Assembly: GCA_900088475.1 (NCBI GenBank)
Contig: FLMG01000044.1
Span: forward strand, 1-33,828
Origin: Hyphochytrium catenoides
Lineage: Eukaryota > Protista > Hyphochytriomycota
Direction of reading: 5' to 3'
DNA length: 33,828 bases
This document shows positions 11,949 through 23,600 of this stretch, one piece after another. The notes below the pieces were generated by a model. It saw nothing but the letters and a program-made list of their open reading frames with translations, did not search any database and was not told where the DNA came from. How positions within the stretch are numbered: the stretch's first letter is position 1; every line of letters begins with the position of its first letter. Made by a program: the position numbers and the translations under genes.

Positions 11949-13267
11949 ATGGCCGTGTCCTCGAAAGCTGTCCTTTCACAAGGCGCGGTGCTGCGCCGGT
12001 CTAAGGCTCTAGCCACTTTCTTTCCTGGCAGTGATGGGATCTCAAGGGCGGGAAAGGATTATACAAGGCGGCGTATTCTTTTTGCGAAGTCAAGTCCGCC
12101 TGTGAGCAAGAGGACGTTCTCAGATTATGCTGTGCACAGCAGAAACAGCCCTGGGTCGTTCTTATGCCGGCAGCAGAAGCCCTTGGTAAGCGATTTTCGA
12201 AAACCGCAACTCCTTCTGCTAAATGGTAGCCCGATTCCGCTGTATGTCTTCCCTTGCTTCAGGCTATAGTTAGCTGTGCGCATCTCTCTCACTGCCCTAG
12301 ATGGAGAGGCCAGCAGGTCCGTCGCCTCACGGTTGACAGCAAGAAGGAATCTCAAGAGAAACCACTCAGTCTCTGGGCAAAATTTAAGCTTTGGGCTCGC
12401 CCCTTTGTGGAAGGCACAAAGGGGCTGTACGCTGACATGAAAAGATCAAGGGAACTCACCCGTCGCCAAGCGAGCGGCCAGCTTCTGTCTCGGTCAGAGC
12501 TTCTTCATTTACGCAGAACAAGAAACGACGTTATTACTGCTTTACCACTTGTCGCCTTCTTCGTCATTATCCCCTGGGTGGGTTACATCGCCCCTCTCCT
12601 AGGGTATAAGTATCCCAAGCTGCTGCTGTCAAGGCAATTTTGGACCCCAGAGCAGGAAGAGGAATTCATGGCAGAGGACTATTTTATCCGCACGGCTGCG
12701 TATGATGAACTGTTGGATTATCTTCGAAGAGACCTGTTAGTACAGAAACTATTGAAGGCGATGGGTGAGGAGGCTACTGGAGAGCTCTCTGGAACCTATC
12801 TCAAGACTGTCGAAAGTATTTTTAACACGGGAGGCCCCTTTGCACTAGACTCTCTCTCCCGCGACCATTTATTGTCTCTTTCAAGGGCCACACTCGTCCC
12901 CAAGGCCCAGTTTACAGCTATTTGGCTACCTTCGCTGGTCCTTCAAAGCATGCTTCGCAAGCGCTGGTATGAGCTTAGTGAGGACGACGTCATGCTGATT
13001 AGGGAGGGCCTTAGTACGCTCTCTACAGAGGATCTACGCCATGCTCTCTTTGAACGAGGACTAGATTATCAGGGAAAGACTCATGAGCAGCTCGAGAGGG
13101 ACCTAGAAGACTGGTTATCGGTCTATACAGTCTCTAGTGCTCCGACTGCACTGCCCCCATCCCTAACCCTTCATATGCCGGTCTTCAAAGCCCATAGAGC
13201 TGTTAAGCCTGCCCCATCCTTGGACGACGACATAACTTCAGAAGACTCATCCTCGGTATCATCGTAG
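11949..13267 (+). CDS. LETMD1: LETM1-domain protein, LETMD1-like (probably mitochondrial), ~413 aa, 2 exons (11949-12185, 12263-13267)
   Basis: FVEGTKGLYADMK, LSRSELLHLRRTRND, TM segment LPLVAFFVIIPWVGY, YPKLLLSRQFWTPEQ (LETMD1-type) and EDDVMLIREGLSTLSTEDLRHALFERGL. The R/S-rich N-terminus resembles a transit peptide and joins in frame through a 77-nt GTAAGC...CAG intron. Confidence 0.88.
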
Positions 13268-13384
13268 ACGCAACGGCAGAACTTTAACCCAAGCACCTTC
13301 TATTCTATCTTTTGCTTGAGATTCTCGCCTCTGGTTGCCTCCTGATTAGCGTTTACTTTGCTCTCGTCGTACTCAAACCCGCCT

Positions 13385-14951
13385 TCAGTTAGCACAATGG
13401 CCTTCAGACGTTCGCTCAGTGCTAATATGAGATGGGAAAAGGGGGGAGGGGGGAAAGAATGGGGAAAGGATGGTTAAGTTCGCTGATGTGAACTTGGGGA
13501 CTGGGAGGCAAAAGCAGAGAGCGACTCCCAGGTAAGGATAAGCGAAAAGTGGCAACATCATGCCNNNNNNNNNNNNNNNNCCGCCCCCCCACCCTTTAGT
13601 CCTCCGCTTTGCACTTGATCTCACCTCATTTTGCCTAGTGGCGTTAGCAAGCAGCGTGCTCTGAAAGAAACCGTCATCGACAAAGAGAAGCTGCTTGTAG
13701 AAGACCACAAATAGTACCAAAACAGGGTACCACCTGCAGGACATTAACAAGATCACCGGTCAAATGAGAAGGACATATCTGAAGAGGATTTGTCAAAGAT
13801 ATCTGAGAAGTGATTTCTCGTTGATTAAGCTCTTTGAACAGGCCGGCCAACACTGTCAATAGCGAACTTGAGTGAGGTGAAGACAAGGTGTGCAGAAAAG
13901 ATTGCGCTGTTACCCTTGCAGAAGGAGGACAAACTGATGGGGAGTAATAGGAATCCCATAGCTTCCAGCTGGGTCCCACTGATAGATAAGAGTCACTACT
14001 TCTGACACAAACACCTAAGACAGCAGTCCCGTCGAGGTAAGTGGCAGCGCAAAACGAGGTATCATCTATAGTGTGGAGTGTCCCTTATTGAAGCTAGCAT
14101 CTATAGCAGAAAGAAAAAGAAGGTTGACCTACCGCAATGAGTCCTACGACTGCATATGACCGTCCTCCCCTTGTCTCTTCCGAAGTCGTCTTTGCAAAGC
14201 TACAGACGACAGGTTAGAAAATCGAGCCTCTGGCATCTTGAGGTTTTCCTTGTCTTACACAAGCGGGAGCCAGAGCGTGTAGAAGCACGCACTCGGCAGT
14301 AAGAGCAAATACTGTGATCTACCTCTATCCAGTACTGCTCGAGGACCCCAAGTAAGGTAAGCGAGAAGAAGATCATCGCTGAAGACAACCTAAGTGGAGT
14401 TTGCCAACAGTAGAAGTGAGAGACCAGGAGAACGAATTGCTGCACGTGCTGGCATTACCCGGTAGCACATTTCTAAGAGTGCTTTCTGAGCACGGGTGTC
14501 TTCTTCCGAGACATATTGGCCCAACAGTGCTAGGCGTTCTAAATACCGCTTTCTAACTTCGTGGAACGGAGTAAATCTGTTTATCTACGACGGTGGAATT
14601 GTAAGCAAGATGAAGCAGAATGCCACGACCTATGACGTACCCCAAGCTTTGCAAAGACGTTGAGCTCCTCCACTGTGACTTCAGTTAAGAACTGCTCGTC
14701 GAGAAGAGCTTTAGCCGGACTATGACTAGAGCAAGCCGCACTTTAGCATTTCCATCTCGTGCGCTTACCGTAGCTACAATCCCCAGCGCTACGCTGACAC
14801 CAAGCAGCGCGGTGACGGCCTGAAAGTAGCTCAGCTGTACTGGTAAAGATCTTAATTTTGAGGTGAAGTAAGCAACCGCAGGAAACGCAATAAATGCGTA
14901 GAATCCATAGCTAAGGCTAAGTCGATGGAGGTCCGGATCGTGAAGCTCCAT
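13385..14951 (-). CDS. Putative multi-exon membrane protein of unknown family (exon structure only partly resolved; 3' end crosses a gap)
   Basis: Successive hydrophobic segments on the minus strand (YGFYAFIAFPAVAYF, FQAVTALLGVSVALGIVAT, SAMIFFSLTLLGVLE, WYPVLVLFVVFYK) separated by GT...(C)TAAC...AG intron-like stretches. I could not close the frame across all junctions. Confidence 0.55.
13565..13580. other. Assembly gap (N run)
   Basis: Run of n characters. Confidence 1.
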
Positions 14952-15716
14952 CAGACAAGGTCAATGTCGTGGCAAGACACCTCAGCTACCTATGACAGCA
15001 GAAGTAAACACGTATATCTCCTGGCTCATAGTACGTCAGGCTTAAGCGCTCAGATGGCTCAGTCTGTCAATGATTCAGGGACCGACTGGAAAACACCTCT
15101 TCTCATGCCTGACCGAGTAAGCTTTTCTGAGATTGAGGTTTCTGAAGCTTCATCAAATCTGCAGAGAAGTGATGTCTTTGTCTCTCTGTCTCTCTCTCAC
15201 GAGTAGACTAATCACCAGATTAATGAGTGATTATCTCAGAGATGAGTGTTGAGATTACCAAAGCACTTATGCCAAATTTGGTTGCCTTTACCTCGGTACA
15301 CCGCTTTTGACTGACTCATTTCTAACTGTTTATTGGACTTACCTCACAATACTATATGACCCACCTGGTGCGCCAAAACCGGATCTCAAGGACCAGTTAC
15401 AGCTCCCATTCCCTTGGAAACAGTCCTCAATAAGGTTATCAAAAGTCGCCATATATTCTATATACTCGTAGGCTCATTCGAAACGGGCATGGACATCGTC
15501 TTGTAACAACCCTTGGAGCTCTCCAAGGCGCCGCTAAGTATCAATGAGACGAAGCTCGCTGACAATGATTTATGAGCTTCATTGACGGAGCGGAGATCAC
15601 CAGCTTTTCACACCCCCACCGATAGAAAGAGACGTTGTTAGGGTCAAAGCTCGCGGTAAGGCTCAGGGATAGAGGTTGAGGCCAGGCACACCCGCGGCCA
15701 AGCTTCGTAAGAAGTA

Positions 15717-15795
15717 GTAAGTGCTTTGTCTGTACCGGTTATCCCAGCGCAGCACAAATCTCTAACTGGACGCCCGACCTATTCAAGCTCTCTAG
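15717..15795 (+). other. Probable 5'-UTR intron of CFAP20 (79 nt)
   Basis: GTAAGT donor, CTAAC branch point, TAG acceptor 35 nt upstream of the ATG. Confidence 0.6.
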
Positions 15796-15830
15796 GTGGA
15801 AGCTAGCGTACAACATCACCGACCAAAAAG

Positions 15831-16574
15831 ATGTTCAAGAACACCTATCAGTCGGGTTTCTTGTCTATTCTTTATAGTATAGGGTAAGCTTCAGCAGCCT
15901 CATCCTCGCCACAAAGAATTCTACTGATCTCGCTATTTTTAGGAGCAAGCCTCTGCAAATATGGGAGAAAGAAGGTATGGGCGCTTGAAAGAAGAAGAAT
16001 ACAGGGTAATCTAACGAGGTTTTTTTGAATGACAGTGCGGAACGGACACATCAAGAGAATAACAGACCAAGACATCCAGTCTTCGGTTCTAGAAATCATG
16101 GGCACTAATGTTAGCACGAACTATATCACATGCCCGGCTGACCCCAAGAAGACACTAGGCATCAAGCTGCCCTTTCTGGTGATGATCATTAAGAACCTGA
16201 AGAAGTACTTTACCTTTGAGGTCCAGGTACTTGACGACAAGAATGTGCGACGCCGATTTCGGGCATCCAACTATCAGTCAACCACTCGGGTGAAGCCTTT
16301 CATCTGCACTATGCCTATGCGATTGGACGATGGATGGAACCAAATTCAATTCAACCTTTCTGACTTCACGCGTCGAGCTTATGGAACGAACTATATTGAG
16401 ACATTGAGGGTACAGATCCATGCCAACTGCAGAATCCGTAGAATCTACTTCTCGGACCGCTTATACTCGGAAGAAGAACTTCCACCAGAGTTCAAGCTCT
16501 TCCTACCAGTACAAAAGCAGGAAGGCGGCGCAGCACCAGCACCCTCAGCGCCAGCAGCGGGTTCACAGATGTAA
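15831..16574 (+). CDS. CFAP20: Cilia- and flagella-associated protein 20 (BUG22/GTL3), 3 exons (15831-15883, 15943-15974, 16036-16574)
   Basis: Splices to [49 protein letters not shown]...[42 protein letters not shown]..., the highly conserved CFAP20 sequence. Introns of 59 and 61 nt are GT-AG. Confidence 0.98.
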
Positions 16575-17664
16575 TGGGTTACGATGAGAGATAGTGAAGT
16601 TGAAAAGGCGGTGGGGAAAGGTAAGTAGGGGGAAAGCAGTCGACGAGATTAGACAAAGAGAGGCTATGCTCGTGTGTACATAATGTGACCGACTCTTCTC
16701 CTTCTTCCCTGTCTGTGAGTATAAACCGAGGTCATTTGCATTCTATTTCTCCTCGTAGTACCATTTTTATCGCTAGAACGGTCGTAGGCAGGAGTCTGCC
16801 GGGTGCTGGAGGGTATGCTTCTTTTCGGAACCGGTTCTTGCAGAGTTCTTGATGTAGTTACTACCTAGGGTCCTTAGTACTTGATCACATAATGATTGAC
16901 TGATCGTCCTAGGATTTTTACGTGGTTGAGATTTGCTTTGGCCCCCCACGGCCTTATGGCCGACGTGAAGAACGAAGCCATGCGACCTTCATAGAAAGCA
17001 CTCACTTTCCGTCCACGAGTTAGGCCCATCCTCTCACATCAGGTCCTTGTACCCCCAAGAACATGCGAACCAATGGGCATGCGAGTACTCGTCTCTTGGC
17101 GCCCCATAGACACGTGTGATACTTTTATAAAAAGACCTTTCTCCACAAATAAAGCCCAGAGCTTTTGCGATGACACAGCTGTTGCATGCCAAGCTTGAAA
17201 AACTTCCCTACAAGTAGTAGTTCTAGTTCTATAGAATTACCTACGAGTAACTATAGATTCGCCTAAATAAACAACAGCAAAACATAAAGGCCGTTACAGT
17301 TAGTCCTGGAGAAGATCTGGGCTTTCCCTCCATTTCCGCAAATATGAAGTTCCGCGTTTTCGCGCTGCCGAAAACCGATGTCATCTTCATTATGGGAGAC
17401 GCAATTTCTGAGATCTCCGAGTCAAAATTTAGTTAGGGATTTACTTTCCTCCTTTATATCTTTGCCTACTGAAAGCGTGCCTGTTGACTGGATTGAAGAG
17501 CGAAGGAACGTTGAGATAAAGCTGCCATTGAGAGGGCATCTATGTTTCTGTTGTGTTGGTGATTGTTGAGAATCGTAAGAGAAATAGAGGAAGGTTGACC
17601 TTGTCCACTACGCCTTTTTAGATGGCAGGAACCTTCCATAGTGGAGACTTCACAGGGCGGTCCG

Positions 17665-20600
17665 ATGATACAGATGAAGCAGTCTTCACCTAACAGTGCT
17701 GATGTAACACTTGAAGACTTTCCTTCTAGAGATCAGGTCAAAGCAGGATGGAGGCGCTATTTATTCCTTTCAGAGGGAACTTACTTTGCTGTTCTCGCTA
17801 ATCTATAGAATGCATACAGCTTCGGAATACCTGAGGCTATCATTGCGGGATACAATCGGCACTGTGGTATAAAAAGCTTGTTTGATTGGCAGGTAAGCTC
17901 TTAGTCAACCGATGAGGAGACTAACGCCGCGTTTGACAACATGACTAACGTCCATTCAAGAATGAAAGCCTCAAGAAGGGCCAGGAGGCAGCACAAAGGC
18001 AAAGGAACTTTGTCTACTCTGCACCCACCTCTGGGGGCAAGAGCCTTGTTGCAGAAATACTCATGCTACAACGCATTATCCTGACAGGTTCCGACAATCA
18101 TAGATGATGGGCTTGAGTTTCAAGTTTACCCCGTCTGATCCGCCAAACATTTGTGCTTCGTATTTGATACAGGGCGAAAGGCACTCTATGTGGTCCCTTT
18201 TGTGACGATAGTGAACGAGAAGGCCGACTATTTGACTTCTATACTTAGGTCAGGATACATATCTTCTGATGCCGCTGTCTGCGTCTAAATAACATGTCCT
18301 GGTCACTCTGATATCATAGCAATATCACCCTGTCAGTCGCGGGCGAGCAAAGGCAGATTAAGGTCTCGGGCTACTCCAGTGGGACAGTTAGCAAGCTTCC
18401 CTTCTCCAAGGTCAGTTGAACCACTCATCTTTGGTGATTTTTTTCAGTGTAACATGACTCAGAGATCGACTCCCAAAGGTCGACATTGCGGTGTGCACCA
18501 TCGAGAAGGCGCACTCTCTGGTCAATAGCTTGCTAGAAGAAAGTAACATGGACCATATACAAGAAGGGCTTAGGTTTCGTTCTCTCGCCAGCCCGCCAGG
18601 AATACAGGACCTTGCTTGTATAATAGCAGACGAGCTCCATCTCCTATCAGACCCCTGTCGCGGCCCGACATACGAATTTTTATTGACGAAATGCCTGCAC
18701 AACAACTCCCATTCGCCCAGTCAGAGGAGCTCTGGCGACTTGATATCTGCGTCATCAGACAAAGCGAAGAGCTGGATACAGATCATTGGAATGACTGCAG
18801 CAATCCCTAACATCCAGCAGATAGCTCGATGGATAAGAGCCGATGCTTATGTGACCTCGTTCCGTTCCTCTGCCCTCGCCAGCTGCTTCAAACTGGTATG
18901 ATGTGTATAGTAGACCACGAGCTGGCCTTTGCGAGGCTGAAGATACTGTCGTATTCTCAAACTAAGGTCTTTACTATCTGTCTTGGTAGGGAGGGGCTCT
19001 CTATAATCTGGACGGAACTGAAGCACGCCAACTCCCATGTCAACTCGACCGGAATGATCCCAACCATCTGCTGTATTTGTGCGAAGAGGTTCTCCATATT
19101 GGAGAGCAGGTAGGGACCGGGCGAATTCGTACTTTCTGTATCGTTCCACAGCTAATTTGGCACCTCACTATTTGGCCTGATCGCTCGTAGGTGTTAGTGT
19201 TCAACTCAACAAAGAGAGGCTGTGAACAGACTGCTCTCCTGCTTGCGAAAAGTTTGATCCCTCCCATATCCACCGAACTCCAAACAGGCATTAGAAATCT
19301 CTTAGGCACTTTGAGGCCCTCACATAAAGCGAACCACGTCAGACAGTCAAACGCGGCCGCTGTCACAAATCTCATTTTCACGGTTGATGAGACGCTTAAG
19401 TTCTGTATGACGAGAGGGGTAGGAATCCACCATGCAGGTATGCATTCAATAAAATGTGCTACCTTGAGAGAAGGCTAATCGTATGTCGTGGGGTGCTATT
19501 GTCCCACTATATCAAGGCCTCACAGCCGAGGAAAGAGCTCTGGTTGAGAAGGTAAGCCGGTATCTCTTCAAGATTTTCTTACCATCAGTAATAGCCGTAT
19601 CTTTCAAAGGGATATAAGGAGCGTGTGCTTGGAGTTATCGTGGCTACCTCTACTTTAGCTGCGGGAGTCAATCTTCCTGCCCGAAGAGTAATAATCCGGT
19701 CGCCCTACGTGGGGAGAGAGTTCCTAGACTCCACGAAGTATCTGCAGATGGCGGGAAGGGCCGGTAGAGGATTGAGGGGGAAGGGCGAATGTATTGTCTT
19801 TGTTGACAAGCAGATGGAGCTGGATAAGGTAAGACAGAGGATGCATCATGAGGGACTTTTTTCTTTGACATGTTCTTTCTTATTTCTTCCTTCCCGCATT
19901 ATCTTTCTCTGTGCGAGATCACGGGTGACTCACTCATTCACTTTGTCACAGATGCTCAGCGTAGCTAAGCAGACATGTCCTCCGGTGCTCTCTGCAATTA
20001 ATCCAAACAGCGTGACCGTTCTAGCTCTAGTTCTGGACGCCGTCGCAGGAGGTGTAGCTCGTTCTCTTGAAGAGCTCATGGACTTTGTCTCGTGTGCTTA
20101 TTTCTCTCAAGCTCTGACGGCTGCGGAGGTAAGAAGACCAATTCACGTTCATAACCTCCGCTGTCTTCCATCTGTCTGCGGTCAGTTCTATTGGTGCAGC
20201 CTTTTCGTTTATGTCCGTGATCTTAGACAATGATACTGTGTAGGTACATGGGGGTGTATCTGAAGCCTGCACATACCTGCAGAGGTATGGACATTTGTGA
20301 ACAATAACAAATCCTTACCTTCTCTGACGGCCTTTTCTTTCAAGCAAGGGTTTGATTATAGCCCTTAAAGAAAAGGCTACGGAGGAAAACTACCTGACGA
20401 CCGAAGCCTATGACAGAATGACGCTGATGCCTTCCAAAGTAGGCTCAACTTCACAATCCTATTCTTTGAAATTAACCCTTATGAGCTCCTTTAGCTGGGC
20501 CAGGCTGTCTTTGGCTCCGGCCTTAACCCTGTTGACGGTGTAATGGTAGCTGAGGAGCTACAGGTGTTCAAAGGCACTTTTCTCTTGGAGAACGACCTGC

Positions 20601-23600
20601 AGATGGCCTTCCTCTCGGTCCCTCTGTCAGTGGCGCTTCGCTTTCCTGTGGATTGGAGGCTGCTTTATAACCTCTATTGCCAGTCTATTGAAAGCCTTGG
20701 GCCAACTGCCGAACATTTGGGCGTAAGGGAACAATTCCTCGTCAAAGCCGCCCAGAGAGGAATGGGGGTGCCTACTGCCCCCACTATTGGCATGCCGGTG
20801 CATATGAAAGATGAACTGGTCTGTGTCGTCTCAATACGTCTCCTCACCGCTTTACGTAACCGAAATGACCTCTCACGCATTCACGTCTCCCTGGCGCAAA
20901 GGCCATGTCTCTTCCTGGCGCAATTCTTCTCTGGCCTTGGATAGTGCTCTTGTGCGACCCTGACGCTGACGGACAATCTTTCGATAGGTGCACCGCAAAT
21001 TCCTGTTGGGTCTTATCCTGCAGGAGATTGTGAAAGAGAACGATTTAGAATTTCTGATGAGAAGGTTTAAGGTCTCCAGAGGGGACTTACAATCACTCCA
21101 TTCTCAAGCTCAGTCCAATGCGTTTCTTCTTTCAAACTATTGTAAGGTAAGGGGTTGTGACTGAATCCACCCTGATACCGCTTTGTCTATTCTGTGTCTT
21201 AAGAATGTATTGTCCATTCTGACCTCTTCAGTCTATCCTAAAGACCGAGGCTTGACTCCTACCAGCTCTTGACTTCCTCAACACCCAGATGCCCGATTGC
21301 TAATCTTGCGATCATCCCTCGTTTACTACGGTGTACAACAGAGGTTGGGATGGCGGCACTTTGAAATTCTGTTTGCTAATTTTGCAGAAAGACTCAGCCT
21401 GGACATCGAGAAGGTGAGGAAAGAGAGGGCCGGTGTTGCTGCTGATCGAGCTACTGATATGTCATACTGGGTCCCCAGTCCTCTTATTTAGTCGTGCTAA
21501 TGTTCATAGCATCTTGACTCCCGCTGCCAGAGTACGACCGTGAAGGGTGATTGGCAATCCTCTATTTCTACGTGATGTCTTTGTTCTCTTCAGCTTCGCA
21601 ACTCTTCTTGGTTCCTAGGCAAAGATCGTGACGCTTCTGTTGTACCTTTTGACCGCAATTTTAGGACATGATCCCACTGCTTCGGGTCCCCAGCATGACC
21701 AGGAGTATAGCCAAGGCTCTCCTGAAAGCTGGGATCTTAAATATCAGCACTCTGGCAGCGACTCCACTATTTCGCGTAGTAGAGGCGATTAACCTTTCCT
21801 ATCGTTTCACGCCTTCCATAGCGGTCTTCCGTCCCAAAGAAAGCGACAATAGTATCGACGGTTTTAAGGGCAGAAATGGGCGCGATGCGGATGCCGTGAA
21901 GTTAGGAACGGAAAATTTGGCTTCCACGTTACTCTCCGAAGCAAGAGAGGTGATGAACCAAAGAGCTATGAACCAAGGAAGATTGAAGAGGTCATTGCTC
22001 CAGCTTAAGGAACAAGAAGATAGAGAGTGCAACGTTGCTATGGATGAAGCAACGGATGAGGAGACCGATCCGATGTCGCCTAGCTCTAATTCCTTGCAAT
22101 GTTGGTCTAACCCTGACCCATCAGTTCACCCCTGTCGTGAGAAGTCCATACCAGCAGTGGGCCGTCGTGCATATCCTGGTCCCTCCCAGTCAGAGAGTGC
22201 ACTATCCGACCGCAAGCAGGACAGTATTCAACTGGAAGGTAGGACTCCCTCGCATTTCTATACCGCACCAAATCCTTATACTAAAGAGCTTTGCTTCCAA
22301 GAAATGTTTATAGAAGGTATGAACACTCTTCCCTTACTTGGCTGCCTTACGTCAACGCAGTGTTATCACTACTCTACCTATCCCTACCATGTAAAGCATT
22401 TATCTGCTTTCGTGCATTCCATGATCTTACTAAGAACCGTTGGATCGCATGTGGGGATGCGGAAACCTCCACTTCGTCACTCTATTCACTTCACACCAGC
22501 TCCTGTGGACCGTCTCTTACCTAATGCTCTCCCTGTTTTTTTGCAGAGCCGCTACGGGCACTGGAGGCAATCATACACGACGTTATTGGAAAGCAAGGAC
22601 AGATTGCTGTCGCCCTTCGGGTGCTCCGCCATGCACCTATGGGTTCAGCCGATGAACCTCAGCTACGAAGGAAACGACCGACCAGGCCAATCCTCGGGCC
22701 TACCACTTCCCGCACCTGGATGCGGTACAACCTATCGCCAAAGGAGTTTTCGAAGGCCGCTAACCCATATCTAGTGTCTGGCTTCTGTTTCACTTGGGAT
22801 GGAGAAAACACCACCACAGTGGTTCTACCTCCATGTCATCCGGCGACAACTTATGCCAGTAGGGAGGGGAAGAGGGAACCCAAGAAGCCCAAGATCTCTC
22901 AGCATGGAACGTGTCTAAATTTTTCTGCCATATCTTCACACAGCTGGTGCTCACTGCCCGCCAAAGTAGCTGGTCGGATCCTCCACCATATAGGGATGCC
23001 GTGGGTGGCAGCATCTGTCTCTGGAGTGCCGACTCATGGAGGAACCTCCAATGAGTCAAGAGACAATGAGAAGCGAAGAAAAGTTTCCAAACGACGACCC
23101 TACAATGCATGCTTTGTTCTCTGCAAGTGGTGGAATGAGGTTGCAGTGCAAGAGTATGAAAGCAGCCGTAAGACTTGGGAACAAAGATTGAAATCCACTC
23201 TTCTCCGACTTTTCACTGATCCCAATCGCACCATTATCGCCTATAATATTAGCAGTATCCATCACATGGTCAGAAGACTGCTGGGCTGTGATATTGCCGC
23301 CACGTTGGAAGATCCAAGGGTGGCTTCCGCGCTCTTAGATAGCGGTCCAATTCTCGCTCATAGGCATGGCACAGGACGGACTGAGCCTTTATCCTCCTAT
23401 GTGGCCTTGACAAGGGACTATTCTCTGCCGGCACTAGCGCTTCACCTTTTGCAAGAGGACCCGGACAAGTTAGGTCCCGCTTATGAGGACAGGACGATAG
23501 TGAGGTATGCCTTTAAGTGTATGCAGAAACTTCGACCCTTACTGAGGAAGAACCAGTTGGATGAAGTGTTCTATGGAGTAGAGATGGCACTGGTCCCCAT

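Noticed and set aside
20285-20344. U12-type intron (internal atccttacc resembles the U12 branch site)
   Set aside because: The donor is GTATGG, not RTATCCTT, and a U2-type ctctgac branch point is present.
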